A stretch of DNA of 64,000 nt from Thermodesulfobacteriota bacterium (GCA_965203965.1 CBDBDR010000017.1:512001-576000), one strand, 5' to 3'; counted from the first letter of the stretch, positions 11,865 to 22,861 are shown. Notes: generated from the letters alone by a model not told the origin. Numbers and translations: made by a program.

Positions 11865-12962
11865 ATGAACAGAGATTACTATGAAGTACTAGATATTAAA
11901 AAAGATGCGAGTGTTGATGAAATAAGAAAAAAATACAAAAAGCTCGCTTTTGAATACCACCCGGATAGAAACCCCAATGATGATTCCGCCTTGGAAAGAT
12001 TCAAAGAGATAAATGAAGCTTACCAGATATTGAGCAACGAAAATAAACGTGCCCAGTATGACAGTTTTGGACACATTTATAACGATAGCTCTTTTTCTGG
12101 ATCTGGAGATTTTGGTTCCAATATCAATGATCTATTCGGAAACTTGTTTGATGAAGTATTTAGCGGTGGTTTCGGTAGTTCTGTTAAGCAAAGAGGTAAT
12201 GATCTAAAATATGAGATCAAAATAGATTTTGAAGAAGCAGCATTTGGAATTGAAAAAGAAATTACAATTTCTAAAAATGTTACATGCAACCAATGTGAAG
12301 GCAATGGAGCAGCACCAGAGGGGGAGTCCAGATGTAACGAATGCAAGGGTAGGGGTTCAGTAGACTACGCAAATGGTTTTTTGTCTATTAGTCAAACCTG
12401 TAGGGAGTGCAGAGGCAGGGGATATATAATCACCAAATATTGCAATGAATGCAATGGAGCTGGATCCGTAAAAATCAAACATAAGGTAAAAGTTAAAATT
12501 CCCGCCGGTATTTCTAATGAGTCAAGGTTAAGGATCAGGAACGAGGGGGGAGCCGGAATTAACGGTGGACCAAACGGAGATCTTTATATCATTATATTTG
12601 TCGAGGATCACCCCATATTTAAAAGAGAAAATGGCGATCTATACTGCGAGGTTCCAATCAATTTTATCCAAGCAATACTGGGCGATAAGATCACAATTCC
12701 AACTCTGGGGGGTAAAGACACACTTAAAATACCATCTGGCACCAATCATGGTCAACTTTTTAGACTGAAAGGAAAAGGAATTGTCAATCTGCAAACAGGC
12801 AGGCTGGGTGATATGGCAGTAATAGTCAACATTGAAATACCTAAAAAAATAAACTCAAAACAGAAAAAACTCTTGCAAGAATTTGCAACAGAACTTAAAC
12901 CTGACCAACTGAAAAACATTGATGATTTTAACGAAACTATGGAAAAATATTTAAAGGATTAA
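11865..12962 (+). CDS. dnaJ: Chaperone DnaJ
   Basis: J domain with HPD, G/F-rich region, four CxxCxGxG repeats. Confidence 0.96.
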   Translation: MNRDYYEVLDIKKDASVDEIRKKYKKLAFEYHPDRNPNDDSALERFKEINEAYQILSNENKRAQYDSFGHIYNDSSFSGSGDFGSNINDLFGNLFDEVFSGGFGSSVKQRGNDLKYEIKIDFEEAAFGIEKEITISKNVTCNQCEGNGAAPEGESRCNECKGRGSVDYANGFLSISQTCRECRGRGYIITKYCNECNGAGSVKIKHKVKVKIPAGISNESRLRIRNEGGAGINGGPNGDLYIIIFVEDHPIFKRENGDLYCEVPINFIQAILGDKITIPTLGGKDTLKIPSGTNHGQLFRLKGKGIVNLQTGRLGDMAVIVNIEIPKKINSKQKKLLQEFATELKPDQLKNIDDFNETMEKYLKD

Positions 12963-12982
12963 GACTTAGACTCAAAAAGCAG

Positions 12983-13255
12983 TTATCCTCCAGCGATTGC
13001 AGGTATTATGGAAACGCTGTCATTTTCAGCTAACGCAGTGTCCTTCCCATTTAGAAATCTTATATCCTCACTGTTCACGTATAAATTTACAAACCTTCTA
13101 AGATTTCCTTCTTCATCGCATATTCTTTCTTTTATACCGGGACATTCCTCTTCGAGATTCTCTATTAATTCACTTACGTTTGAAGCGTTCACGTTTATCT
13201 CATCTCTATCTCCAGATAATTTTCTAAGTGGTGTAGGGATTTTTACCGATGGCAT
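12983..13255 (-). CDS. Ubiquitin-like sulfur carrier (MoaD/ThiS/CysO family)
   Basis: [23 protein letters not shown]-terminal PAIAGG. Confidence 0.9.
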   Translation of the reverse strand: MPSVKIPTPLRKLSGDRDEINVNASNVSELIENLEEECPGIKERICDEEGNLRRFVNLYVNSEDIRFLNGKDTALAENDSVSIIPAIAGG

Positions 13256-13261
13256 ATAGTT

Positions 13262-14503
13262 TTACCTCCTATTCTGTGAGTTATTATACAATTCTTCAAA
13301 TATTTCAATTCTGGGTTCTATAATCTTTGGCTTAACAACGCTATCCACAATGGCATCTTGAGTTTTCAAGCCGTTACCTGTTATAGAAATAACGGTCAAT
13401 TCGTCAACGGGTAATTTACCTTCTTCTATGAGCTTTTTAGTAACCGCAACGGTAACTCCACCTGCTGTTTCGGTGTATATACCCTCTGTTTCTGCAAGCA
13501 ATTTTATCCCTTCTATCACTTCCTCGTCAGATACGTCTTCAGCCCAGCCACCGCTCTCTCTGATGACCGACATTGCATAAATACCGTCCGCAGGAGTGCC
13601 AATAGCAAGCGATTTAGCAATTGTATCAGCCTTTACTGGCTTAAATACGTCCCAGTTATTTTTCAAAGCAGTTGAAATTGGTGAACATCCCGTAGCTTGA
13701 GCTCCATACATTTTTGTCTTGCTGGGTTCTATAATTCCTAGTAATTCAAATTCTTTTATTGCTTTCCAAATTTTTGTAAGAAGCGAGCCACTTGCCATTG
13801 GCACTACAATGTTATCGGGAGCTTTCCAGTCAAGTTGCTCCATTATTTCAAAGGCATGAGACTTTGAACCCTCCGAATAGTAGGGCCTGATGTTTATGTT
13901 TATGAACGCCCATTCATACTTCCCAGCAATTTCACTACAAAGCCTGTTAACATCATCGTAATCACCTTTTATACCTATAAGGTTGGTTCCATAAACAATG
14001 CTGTTAATGATCTTTGATTGCTCAAGATCATGGGGAATGAAAATAAAACTTCTTAAATTGCCGGACGCTGCAAGTGAAGAGACAGAATTGGCGAGATTGC
14101 CGGTAGAAGCACAGGATACAGTATCAAAACCAAACTCTTTGGATTTGGATAAAGCAACTGATACCACTCTGTCTTTAAAGGACAAGGTCGGAAAACACAC
14201 TGAATCATTTTTCACATAAAGATTTGAATGCCCTAATTTCTTTGCCAGGTTATCAGCCTTTATCAAGGGTGTATAACCGACTTGATCTCCTATAGTAGGC
14301 TCGTTGTCAATGGGTAAAAGTTCGGCATATCTCCAGATATTTTTTTGCCGGGATGTGATAGTATCTTTTGTTAAACACTTCCTGATCTTTTCATAATCGT
14401 ATGAGACTTCCAGAGGGCCAAAACAGGCTTCACAAACATATATGGGTTTTGTGGAGTATTCCTCGCCGCACTCCTTGCACTTTAAGCCTTTAACAAAACT
14501 CAT
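13262..14503 (-). CDS. thrC: Threonine synthase-like PLP enzyme with N-terminal Zn ribbon
   Basis: CKEC..CEAC, PTLSFKDR (PLP Lys), ASTGNLA, TGNGLKT. Confidence 0.8.
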   Translation of the reverse strand: MSFVKGLKCKECGEEYSTKPIYVCEACFGPLEVSYDYEKIRKCLTKDTITSRQKNIWRYAELLPIDNEPTIGDQVGYTPLIKADNLAKKLGHSNLYVKNDSVCFPTLSFKDRVVSVALSKSKEFGFDTVSCASTGNLANSVSSLAASGNLRSFIFIPHDLEQSKIINSIVYGTNLIGIKGDYDDVNRLCSEIAGKYEWAFININIRPYYSEGSKSHAFEIMEQLDWKAPDNIVVPMASGSLLTKIWKAIKEFELLGIIEPSKTKMYGAQATGCSPISTALKNNWDVFKPVKADTIAKSLAIGTPADGIYAMSVIRESGGWAEDVSDEEVIEGIKLLAETEGIYTETAGGVTVAVTKKLIEEGKLPVDELTVISITGNGLKTQDAIVDSVVKPKIIEPRIEIFEELYNNSQNRR

Positions 14504-14569
14504 TTTTACACTGTTTTTAAGGATAAAATTGGAGAGAAAAAATACCTCTTATTGTCAATATTGTCAAAG

Positions 14570-14974
14570 TTACTTTCTTAAATCACCTGCAGGTTTTATA
14601 CCGTCTTTGTCCAATATTACCTTAACCACTTCCTCGGATATAATAACGTTTCTGTTTTTACTGTATTTTCCACCAACAACTACGGTATCGTTTTCCTTAA
14701 ATTCAAGCACTCCCAAAAATTCTACGTTTATGCTATTTCCATACTCGTCTGTTATAAGCAAAATTCTTCTATCATCTTCAAAACTCTTAATTTCTTTAAC
14801 AAATCCCAGCACTACCACTTGTGCTCTATCAAAAGCAAGAGGAGATAACTGAATTTTTACAATTGACGTCTTAATTCCTTTTATATTAAAGACAGGTTCC
14901 AGTTGTTCTTTTTTTGAACATCCTACAATAATTAACACACTGGAAAATATCAGCAATTTTGTTACATTAAACAT
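14570..14974 (-). CDS. Hypothetical lipoprotein, possibly OB-fold
   Basis: Lipobox-like LIIVGC after a hydrophobic stretch (start MFNVTK preferred); V.V.G.V...V.V.G pattern. Confidence 0.5.
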   Translation of the reverse strand: MFNVTKLLIFSSVLIIVGCSKKEQLEPVFNIKGIKTSIVKIQLSPLAFDRAQVVVLGFVKEIKSFEDDRRILLITDEYGNSINVEFLGVLEFKENDTVVVGGKYSKNRNVIISEEVVKVILDKDGIKPAGDLRK

Positions 14975-15021
14975 TTTATCAACACCTATGATTCCCCTAA
15001 TTATATCCAAAGGAGACAGAT

Positions 15022-15813
15022 ATGTATATTTCAGAAAATGATAACTTCAACATATACAGGTTCAAAGTGAAAAGTAGCGACAGTAATTTTAATTACATAG
15101 TAAGATGCAACCAAACAGGTGAGTGTGCTGTAATAGATCCAATTGATCCAGTTGTTCTGCTTGAATTTATAAGAAAAAACGATATGAGGGTATCTTACGT
15201 GATAAATACACATGGACATCCTGACCATATTGAAGGGAATAATCCTATTATTAAGGTTTTCTTGCAATCCAAAATTTTAATACACGATTCGGGCATGGAT
15301 CTTGTTGCACCAAGGGCAGAAGCAGTAAGAGAAGGAGATATGATCACGTTTGGAAAAATTAATATGAAGGTTATACATACCCCGGGACACTGTGCTGAAC
15401 ACATTTCTTTGATTATTGGCAACAACATATTTGTTGGTGATACGATCTTTGTCTCCGGATGTGGAAATACAAGATTTGGGGGTAACGTTGATGATCTTTA
15501 TGATACTTTTTCAGATAAACTCATTAAATTAGACGATAACTATAACATATTTTGCGGCCATGATTATGCTAAAAATAATTTAGAATTTACTTTAAGCATT
15601 GATCAAAATAACCCTCATATAAAAAATAAATTAAAAGAAATTAACAATCAAAATGAGATTTTATCAACGATCGGAGAAGAAAAGACATATAATCCTTTTA
15701 TGCGAGTGCAGGACGAAGGACTGATTGACAACCTGCTGAAAAAGTATCCTGACACAAAGACGGACGGAAGATCCGTATTCACCAAATTAAGAGAGCTCAG
15801 AAATAACTGGTAG
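15022..15813 (+). CDS. gloB: Hydroxyacylglutathione hydrolase / MBL-fold hydrolase
   Basis: [41 protein letters not shown]. Confidence 0.8.
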   Translation: MYISENDNFNIYRFKVKSSDSNFNYIVRCNQTGECAVIDPIDPVVLLEFIRKNDMRVSYVINTHGHPDHIEGNNPIIKVFLQSKILIHDSGMDLVAPRAEAVREGDMITFGKINMKVIHTPGHCAEHISLIIGNNIFVGDTIFVSGCGNTRFGGNVDDLYDTFSDKLIKLDDNYNIFCGHDYAKNNLEFTLSIDQNNPHIKNKLKEINNQNEILSTIGEEKTYNPFMRVQDEGLIDNLLKKYPDTKTDGRSVFTKLRELRNNW

Positions 15814-15845
15814 AATCTGACCTTAATTATTACACTACCAAAATA

Positions 15846-18800
15846 ATGTTTGAAGCAATAGCTAAAACGGAAGTCTATAACTTCCTAAATGATTTACTCC
15901 AAAGAAGAATATTGTTCCTTGATGGTGCTATGGGAACGATGATACAGAAATACCAACTTGAAGAAGCTGATTTTAGAAAAGATCTGTTCAAAGAACACGG
16001 TATTGATCTCAAAGGTAATAACGATCTTCTCTCTTTGACAAGACCCGACGTCATATTTGATATACACACCCAGTATTTTGAGGCAGGTGCCGATATAGTT
16101 GAAACCAATACTTTCAGTGCCACAAGGATCGCTCAGGCTGACTATGGACTTGAGCATATTGTAAAGGATCTAAACGTTGAATCGGCAAAACTCGCAAAAA
16201 AAGCCGCAAAAAAGGTGATGGAGAAAAATCCCGAGCGCGTCTGCTTTGTTGCGGGTGCTATAGGGCCGACGAACAGAACCGCCTCAATGTCACCTGACGT
16301 GAACGATCCCGCATACAGAGCCGTGACTTTTCAGGAGCTATCAGCAGCATATCGTGAACAGGTAGAGGCACTTGTGGAGGGAGGAGTTGATATACTCCTT
16401 CCTGAAACAACGTTTGATACACTTAACTTAAAAGCAGCCATATACGCCATAGAGGAGTTTTTTGAAAGCTATGGAAAAAGGTTGCCCGTTATGCTGTCCG
16501 TAACAATAACTGATCAATCGGGCAGAACGTTGTCCGGACAAACTATAAGTGCATTTTGGAATTCCGTTAAGCATGCCAAACCTTTAAGTGTCGGGATAAA
16601 CTGTGCACTCGGGGCAGAAGATATGAGACCCTACATCGAGGAGCTTTCCAATATTGCCGACTGCTACATAAGTTGTTATCCAAACGCTGGGCTACCCAAT
16701 CCACTCAGCGAAACCGGCTACGATCAAACACCAGAAATCACTGCTGGGTTGTTAAAAGATTTTGGAAAGAGTGGTTTCTTAAATGTAGTCGGCGGTTGCT
16801 GTGGAACCACACCCGAGCATATCGGGTGCATCGTGGAAAACATAAAAAACCTCAAACCTAGGCAAATTCCCAAAGTTGAACCTGCCACCCGTATCAGTGG
16901 GCTTGAGACTTTAACAATTAAACCCGGGAAAGATTCCCCTTTCATTATGATCGGCGAGAGAACAAACGTCACCGGCTCAATGAAGTTTGCAAAATTAATA
17001 AAAGAGGACGATTTTGAATCAGCTATTAGCGTTGCACTACAGCAGGTGGAAAACGGTGCAAATATAATTGACGTCAACTTTGATGAGGGTCTCCTTGATG
17101 GGGAAAAGTACATGGAAAAATTCCTGAACCTGGTTGCCTCTGAACCCGATATTGCAAAGGTGCCAATAATGATTGATAGTTCAAAATTTTCAGTAATTGA
17201 AGCCGGGCTCAAATGTGTGCAGGGAAAGTGCATTGTGAATTCAATAAGCCTCAAGGAAGGGGAAGAAGAGTTCATCAAACAGGCAAAAACCGTAATGAAA
17301 TACGGTGCGGCAGTCGTGGTCATGGCATTTGATCAAGATGGACAAGCTGCGGAGACCGAGGACAAGATAAGAATTTGTAAAAGGGCTTATAAAATTCTCA
17401 CTGAAAAAGTCGGGATGGATTCCACTGATATTATATTTGACCCCAACATCCTCACCGTAGCAACTGGGATAGAAGAACACGATAATTATGCGGTCAATTT
17501 TATAAATGCGGTCAGTAAGATAAAAAACAGTTGTCCGGGTTCACTCACAAGCGGTGGTGTCAGCAATATATCTTTTTCACTGCGTGGCAACAACATAGTA
17601 AGGGAGGCAATGCACAGTGCATTTTTATATCATGCAATAGAGGCAGGATTGGACATGGGCATTGTAAACGCAGGAATGCTTGCAGTTTATGATGACGTGC
17701 AGAAAGAGCTTTTGGAAAAGGTTGAGAACGTTTTGTTGAACAAAAAACCCGGTGCCACTCAAGACCTCATTGATCATGCACAGCAGTTCATGGGAGTTAA
17801 AGGCTCAAATAAGAAAAAAGACGATAAAAAGTGGAGAAAAAAGACCGTAGAAGAAAGGCTTAAATATTCTTTGGTTAATGGCATTTCTGACTTTGTTGAA
17901 AAAGATACAGAAGAAACGAGAGTGAAGTATGATCAACCTTTGAACGTAATTGAAGGCCCCCTGATGGATGGTATGAAGACGGTAGGCAAACTTTTTGGTG
18001 AGGGCAAGATGTTCCTTCCCCAAGTGGTCAAAAGTGCTAGAGTGATGAAAAAAGCGGTCGCCTATCTTGAGCCGTTCATGAAAGACCATAAAGTCAACTC
18101 TCAAAACACAAGAGGTAAATTCGTGATAGCTACCGTCAAGGGTGACGTTCACGACATTGGAAAAAACATTGTCTCCGTTGTATTAAGTTGCAATAACTAC
18201 GAGGTTATAGATCTGGGAGTTATGGTTTCATGCGACCGAATATTGAACACGGCAAAGGATAAAGGGGCAAATATCATAGGGCTTAGTGGTCTAATAACTC
18301 CTTCTTTGGATGAAATGGTCTATAATGCGGCTGAAATGGAGAGGCAAAAATTCAATGTACCACTACTAATAGGGGGCGCTACAACCAGCAGTGCCCATAC
18401 TGCCATAAAAATAGCACCCAATTATAAAGGGATCGTTGAACACGTTAGAGATGCCTCGCTTGTGGTAGGGATCTGCAATGACCTCTTAAATCCTGAAAAA
18501 GCAGACTCATATAAGTTAAAACTAAAAAAAGGTCAGGATAAGCTAAGAAAACTTCACGCCGAAAGTTCTGTGGAAAAAAGTTATCTCACAATATCCGAAG
18601 CCAGAGAGAAAAAAGGGTTTACGACGGATTGGAAAAAAGCTGAAGTTATTAAGCCTGAAAAACTTGGGATACAGGTTTTTAAGGACATATCCATAAATGA
18701 AGTAACCAAATATATTGATTGGTCGCCATTTTTCTGGGTCTGGGAGCTTAAAGGAGTATTTCCCAAAATATTTGAAAATAAGAACTATGGAAAGCAGGCA

Positions 18801-19553
18801 AGGCAACTTTACAATGACGCAAATGAACTACTTAAAGACATCGTGAGAAACAAAAGGTTCAACCCCAGAGCCGTTTTAGGAATATGGCATGCATGCTCCG
18901 TTGGTGATGACGTGAAAGTTTATGAGGCAGAAAAAGAGGCTCTAATTCACCTGAGATTTTTAAGACAACAACAATTCAGAGGCAACAACAAACCGTATTT
19001 CTGCTTGTCGGATTTCATTGCACCAGAAGATTGTGGGATTATTGACCACGTTGGGGCATTTGTTGTAACATCAGGTGAAGAGGTAGATGAATTTGCCTCA
19101 TTCTATAAGAATAAAAATGACGACTACAACGCAATAATAGTACAAGCACTTGGTGACAGAGTTGCCGAAGCTCTGGCTGAAATGTTCCATGAAAAGATCA
19201 GAAAGGAGATATGGGGTTATTCAAAAGGTGAAGATCTGTCACGTGAGGATTTTATTAAAGAGAAATACAGAGGAATAAGACCCGCTCCGGGTTATCCTTC
19301 ATGTCCTGATCACACCGAAAAGGAAAAGCTCTGGAAGTTGCTCAACGCCAGAAAACACACGGGCGTAACGCTTACTGAAACTTATGCAATGACGCCCGGC
19401 AGTTCAGTTGCCGGATACTATTTTGCAAATCCCGGATCAAAATATTTTAATTTGGGAAAAATTCAAAAAGACCAAGTTGAAGACTATGCAAAAAGAAAGA
19501 ACTTGACGGTTGAAGAGGTGGAAAGATGGCTTCAACCTAATTTGGGTTACTGA
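15846..19553 (+). CDS. metH: Cobalamin-dependent methionine synthase
   Basis: [36 protein letters not shown] (B12 His), [12 protein letters not shown]. Confidence 0.97.
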   Translation: MFEAIAKTEVYNFLNDLLQRRILFLDGAMGTMIQKYQLEEADFRKDLFKEHGIDLKGNNDLLSLTRPDVIFDIHTQYFEAGADIVETNTFSATRIAQADYGLEHIVKDLNVESAKLAKKAAKKVMEKNPERVCFVAGAIGPTNRTASMSPDVNDPAYRAVTFQELSAAYREQVEALVEGGVDILLPETTFDTLNLKAAIYAIEEFFESYGKRLPVMLSVTITDQSGRTLSGQTISAFWNSVKHAKPLSVGINCALGAEDMRPYIEELSNIADCYISCYPNAGLPNPLSETGYDQTPEITAGLLKDFGKSGFLNVVGGCCGTTPEHIGCIVENIKNLKPRQIPKVEPATRISGLETLTIKPGKDSPFIMIGERTNVTGSMKFAKLIKEDDFESAISVALQQVENGANIIDVNFDEGLLDGEKYMEKFLNLVASEPDIAKVPIMIDSSKFSVIEAGLKCVQGKCIVNSISLKEGEEEFIKQAKTVMKYGAAVVVMAFDQDGQAAETEDKIRICKRAYKILTEKVGMDSTDIIFDPNILTVATGIEEHDNYAVNFINAVSKIKNSCPGSLTSGGVSNISFSLRGNNIVREAMHSAFLYHAIEAGLDMGIVNAGMLAVYDDVQKELLEKVENVLLNKKPGATQDLIDHAQQFMGVKGSNKKKDDKKWRKKTVEERLKYSLVNGISDFVEKDTEETRVKYDQPLNVIEGPLMDGMKTVGKLFGEGKMFLPQVVKSARVMKKAVAYLEPFMKDHKVNSQNTRGKFVIATVKGDVHDIGKNIVSVVLSCNNYEVIDLGVMVSCDRILNTAKDKGANIIGLSGLITPSLDEMVYNAAEMERQKFNVPLLIGGATTSSAHTAIKIAPNYKGIVEHVRDASLVVGICNDLLNPEKADSYKLKLKKGQDKLRKLHAESSVEKSYLTISEAREKKGFTTDWKKAEVIKPEKLGIQVFKDISINEVTKYIDWSPFFWVWELKGVFPKIFENKNYGKQARQLYNDANELLKDIVRNKRFNPRAVLGIWHACSVGDDVKVYEAEKEALIHLRFLRQQQFRGNNKPYFCLSDFIAPEDCGIIDHVGAFVVTSGEEVDEFASFYKNKNDDYNAIIVQALGDRVAEALAEMFHEKIRKEIWGYSKGEDLSREDFIKEKYRGIRPAPGYPSCPDHTEKEKLWKLLNARKHTGVTLTETYAMTPGSSVAGYYFANPGSKYFNLGKIQKDQVEDYAKRKNLTVEEVERWLQPNLGY

Positions 19554-19604
19554 TATTACGTTTTTGATGTATCTTATAAGGGAAAGAGTTCATATATTGC
19601 CATA

Positions 19605-20480
19605 ATGAAAATTAACATTCCTGAATTGATAATATTGCTTGGAGATTGCGGTGAGAAACTCAAAGATCTAAGAGACAATTCAGTTGATCTCGTATTTACA
19701 TCTCCTCCTTACGCTGATCAGAGAAAAAATAGTTACGGGGGTGTTTCTCCGAGTAAATACGTTGAATGGTTTCTACCGATCTCTAAGGAACTTTTAAGAG
19801 TTTTGAAACCCTCTGGAACTTTTATCCTCAATATCAAAGAAAGAGTAGTAAGAGGAGAACGTCATACTTACGTGCTTGAGCTAATAATGGCAATGCGTGA
19901 GCAAGGATGGTTTTGGACGGAAGAGTTTATTTGGCACAAAAAGAATTGCTACCCGGGTAAATGGCCAAACAGGTTTAGAGACTCTTGGGAAAGGCTTTTA
20001 CAGTTTAATAAAGACAAACATTTTAAAATGCTTCAGGAATCCGTGATGGTTCCTACGGGAAGTTGGGCAAAAAACAGGCTTAAAAGTTTGAGTGAAACCG
20101 ATAAAATACGGGATGAATCGAGGGTTGGTAGTGGTTTCGGAAAAAATATTTCAAATTGGATAGGTAGAGATAGGGTATATCCTACGAACGTTTTACACAT
20201 GGCTACGGAATGCGGAAATAAAGGGCACAGTGCCACTTTTCCAAAAGCACTTCCGCAGTGGTTTATCAACTTGTTTACAGAGGAAGGCGATACAGTTCTT
20301 GATCCATTTGCCGGCTCCGGAACAACTCTTGAGGCAGCACATAAGCTCAACAGAAATTCCATTGGTATTGAAATCAATCACAATTTTTACGAACTTATGA
20401 AGCAAACCTTAAAAAAACGAGAAAAACACCGCAGGCTCTTGGAAAAGAAAGCAAGGAACTATGAAAAAGATCACGTTTGA
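19605..20480 (+). CDS. Site-specific DNA amino-methyltransferase (N4-C/N6-A, beta-class motif order)
   Basis: Motif IV TSPPY precedes motif I DPFAGSGTT; HSATFP. Confidence 0.9.
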   Translation: MKINIPELIILLGDCGEKLKDLRDNSVDLVFTSPPYADQRKNSYGGVSPSKYVEWFLPISKELLRVLKPSGTFILNIKERVVRGERHTYVLELIMAMREQGWFWTEEFIWHKKNCYPGKWPNRFRDSWERLLQFNKDKHFKMLQESVMVPTGSWAKNRLKSLSETDKIRDESRVGSGFGKNISNWIGRDRVYPTNVLHMATECGNKGHSATFPKALPQWFINLFTEEGDTVLDPFAGSGTTLEAAHKLNRNSIGIEINHNFYELMKQTLKKREKHRRLLEKKARNYEKDHV

Positions 20481-21210
20481 TCAGGTAAGAAGCTATGTTG
20501 AAAATAATATAACAAGTTTTCATTTCACTCGACTTGAAAGTTTGAATGATTTAAAACTTGATAAAATACTGAAAAGAAAAAACCCTTATTTGTTCAGAGC
20601 CAAAAACTTAATTAACGCCTCTGACCTTGTTAAAACTTTTCTTGATGCTCATTTATCATCACAGGAAGAAACAATATTTGGAGATTTTCTGGAAGGTCTT
20701 GCTATCTTTGTAAATGAAAAAGTGTATCAAGGTTGGAAATCATCTGCCGAAGGCATAGACCTTGAGTTTAACACAGACAACATTAGATACATAGTTTCCA
20801 TTAAATCTGGCCCCAATTGGGGGAACTCCAGTCAGATCAAAAAAATGAAAGATGCATTCCTTCAAGCTCAAAAAATTCTCAAGCAAAAAAATAGAAATAT
20901 GAACGTTCAAGCCGTAAACGGCTGTTGTTATGGAAGGGATACCAGACCCGACAAAAAAGGCTATTTCAAATACTGTGGGCAAAGGTTTTGGGAATTTATA
21001 TCCAATGACCCTGAGTTATACACTGAAATAATTGAACCCCTTGGCCATAATGCAAAAAAGAAAAATGATGAATTTATGGAAGATTATGTACGAGTTGTTA
21101 ATAAGTTTTCTCAATCTTTTATGGAACGTTTTTGTAAAGACGGAGCAATTCAATGGGAAGAGTTATTACGATTTAATTCTTCTCAGTTAAAAAACAAACA
21201 AGAGAGGTAA
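20461..21210 (+). CDS. Type II restriction endonuclease (EcoO109I-like PD-(D/E)xK family)
   Basis: KRKNPYLFRAK, SSQEETIFGDFLE, GIDLEF...SIKSGPNWGNSSQ, YCGQRFWEFI; overlaps the MTase gene by 20 nt. Confidence 0.75.
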   Translation: MKKITFDQVRSYVENNITSFHFTRLESLNDLKLDKILKRKNPYLFRAKNLINASDLVKTFLDAHLSSQEETIFGDFLEGLAIFVNEKVYQGWKSSAEGIDLEFNTDNIRYIVSIKSGPNWGNSSQIKKMKDAFLQAQKILKQKNRNMNVQAVNGCCYGRDTRPDKKGYFKYCGQRFWEFISNDPELYTEIIEPLGHNAKKKNDEFMEDYVRVVNKFSQSFMERFCKDGAIQWEELLRFNSSQLKNKQER

Positions 21211-21217
21211 TTACTCA

Positions 21218-21427
21218 ATGAAAACCTATCAAGTAGTTTTAACAAGAGGTTATCTTGTTTCCGTAAAAGCAGAAAGTGAAAATAAAGCTATGAGATTCGC
21301 TGAACATTATTTAGGAAATTGTATTGATTGTTCAGATGAAGAAGAACAGGTGCGCAATAATTTCTCAATAGAGGAAATAGAAATGACTTATAATGAAGCG
21401 CATGAAGTTACTGAAATAACAGACTGA
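21218..21427 (+). CDS. Small acidic hypothetical protein downstream of the R-M pair
   Basis: 69 aa ORF, SD GAGGT upstream, co-oriented 7 bp after the REase stop. Confidence 0.6.
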   Translation: MKTYQVVLTRGYLVSVKAESENKAMRFAEHYLGNCIDCSDEEEQVRNNFSIEEIEMTYNEAHEVTEITD

Positions 21428-21480
21428 GGCAGAGCCAGCAATCTATGATTCCCTCTTTTATTGCTACCCCGTTGGAGATA

Positions 21481-21638
21481 CTACCCCGTCATTGCCTAAC
21501 GGCAATGCCACCCCTTCTGAGAAGGGGAATTGACCGTTCCCATTTCCCTCCTACGGAGAGGCTCAGGCAACTCCTAACAAAGCAGTCCATTCCCCTCCTG
21601 TGGAGGGGTGGCAGTCCAAAAGGACTGACGGGGTGGTC
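21481..21638. repeat. Inverted pair of REP-like double-hairpin elements
   Basis: Copy A (21483-21530) ACCCCGTCA-TTGCCtaacGGCAA-TGCCA-CCCCTTCtgaGAAGGGG-AAT. Copy B (21589-21634) is the inverted equivalent with different stem sequences. Degenerate third hairpin at ~21542-21561. Confidence 0.75.
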
Positions 21639-21835
21639 AATAAAAGGGGTAAGTCCATCCTGCTTCGCATTCCTAAACACGAGCATTACGTTGATTATTG
21701 ACCCTTTAAATGGGATTTAAACAGTGTTTAACAAGGGATTATTCCTCACTTATGCCTTGTGTCAGGAAAAATTAAATGATAATAAAATGTTTTGTCTAAA
21801 AACTTAAATGAAAAACAGATTATTTAAGGCAAGTT

Positions 21836-22861
21836 ATGAACACAATCAAAAGCAAAGTAAAAAATTTTATTAAGAAATGGCTCAATCCTCTGACTCTTGA
21901 AGGTGCCCTTGTATATCTGAGCGTCGTAAATATAGGTATAAATGTACTTGCCTATTGGTTACATTGGGAAGGTTGGTTTGCCGAAAACACACCCATAAAC
22001 GAGATCATAAGAAATAATATGCTCATATTAGGAGGTATTTGGGCATTTTACGGGATTATGTTAGCAGCACGCAGAATAAAATTACAAGAGCGGGGAATAG
22101 AAATACAAGAACGCAGACAAGTAGCCGAGCGATTTGCCCGTGCTGCCGAGCAACTTGACAGCAAAAGCGATTCCGTCCGCATGGTGGCTATATTAGCGTT
22201 GCAAAAGGTCGCCAATGAAGCAGATGAAAAAACATTCCAAGACGTGGTTAAAACTCTGTGTTCTTATGTCAGAGAAAATCGTCCAATAAAAGAAAGAAGC
22301 AAAGATACTCAGGATACTCCATCAAAGTTTCCCGAATATTTGCAACAAATAATAGATTTCTTGAGTGAGATTGATAATACAAAAAGACTTGATGAAAACA
22401 ACAACCCCAAAATAGATTTATCTGCCACAGATCTGAGGGGTGCACCATGGATCTATGGAAAAAATCTCAGTAAATTCAATTTGAATAAAGCAAATCTAAA
22501 GGAAGTAGAACTGTGGAATTCAATTCTGAAAAGGGTCTATTTGTCAGGAGCAGATTTGGAAAGGGTGAATTTATCGATAGCAGATCTGAAAGAGGCGAAT
22601 TTGTCAGGAGCAAATCTGAAAGAGGCGAATTTGTTCGGAGCAGATCTGAAAGAGGCAAATTTGAGAGGAGCAAATCTGGAAATGGCAGGCTTGGTGGGAG
22701 TAAATTTGGAAATGGCAGACTTGAAAGAAGCAAACTTTACAAGTGTAAACACCACCAACATAAAGGGGCTTGAAAGCACTAATAATATCGAAACCGTATT
22801 AAGCCCAACCACTGAGATCAGTGCGGAAATAAAAAGACGCAAACAAAAAAAGTCCAATTAG
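21836..22861 (+). CDS. Membrane-anchored pentapeptide-repeat protein
   Basis: Two N-terminal TM segments, ERFARAAEQL...LCSYVRE helical domain, then A(D/N)LxxAxL repeats (30-bp DNA periodicity ~22480-22740). Confidence 0.85.
   Translation: MNTIKSKVKNFIKKWLNPLTLEGALVYLSVVNIGINVLAYWLHWEGWFAENTPINEIIRNNMLILGGIWAFYGIMLAARRIKLQERGIEIQERRQVAERFARAAEQLDSKSDSVRMVAILALQKVANEADEKTFQDVVKTLCSYVRENRPIKERSKDTQDTPSKFPEYLQQIIDFLSEIDNTKRLDENNNPKIDLSATDLRGAPWIYGKNLSKFNLNKANLKEVELWNSILKRVYLSGADLERVNLSIADLKEANLSGANLKEANLFGADLKEANLRGANLEMAGLVGVNLEMADLKEANFTSVNTTNIKGLESTNNIETVLSPTTEISAEIKRRKQKKSN

Noticed and set aside
15813..15846. SAM or cobalamin riboswitch ahead of metH
   Set aside because: The intergenic gap is only ~30 bp and no aptamer motifs are present
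21445..21720. ORFs 21445-21720 (+) and 21489-21686 (-)
   Set aside because: They are translations of the GC-rich inverted repeats (PPLLRRG/PLLWRGG) with no protein-like features
22476..22857. Overlapping repetitive ORFs, or a DGR target, in the pentapeptide gene
   Set aside because: Alternative-frame ORFs arise from the 30-bp periodicity; no reverse transcriptase or template repeat is present
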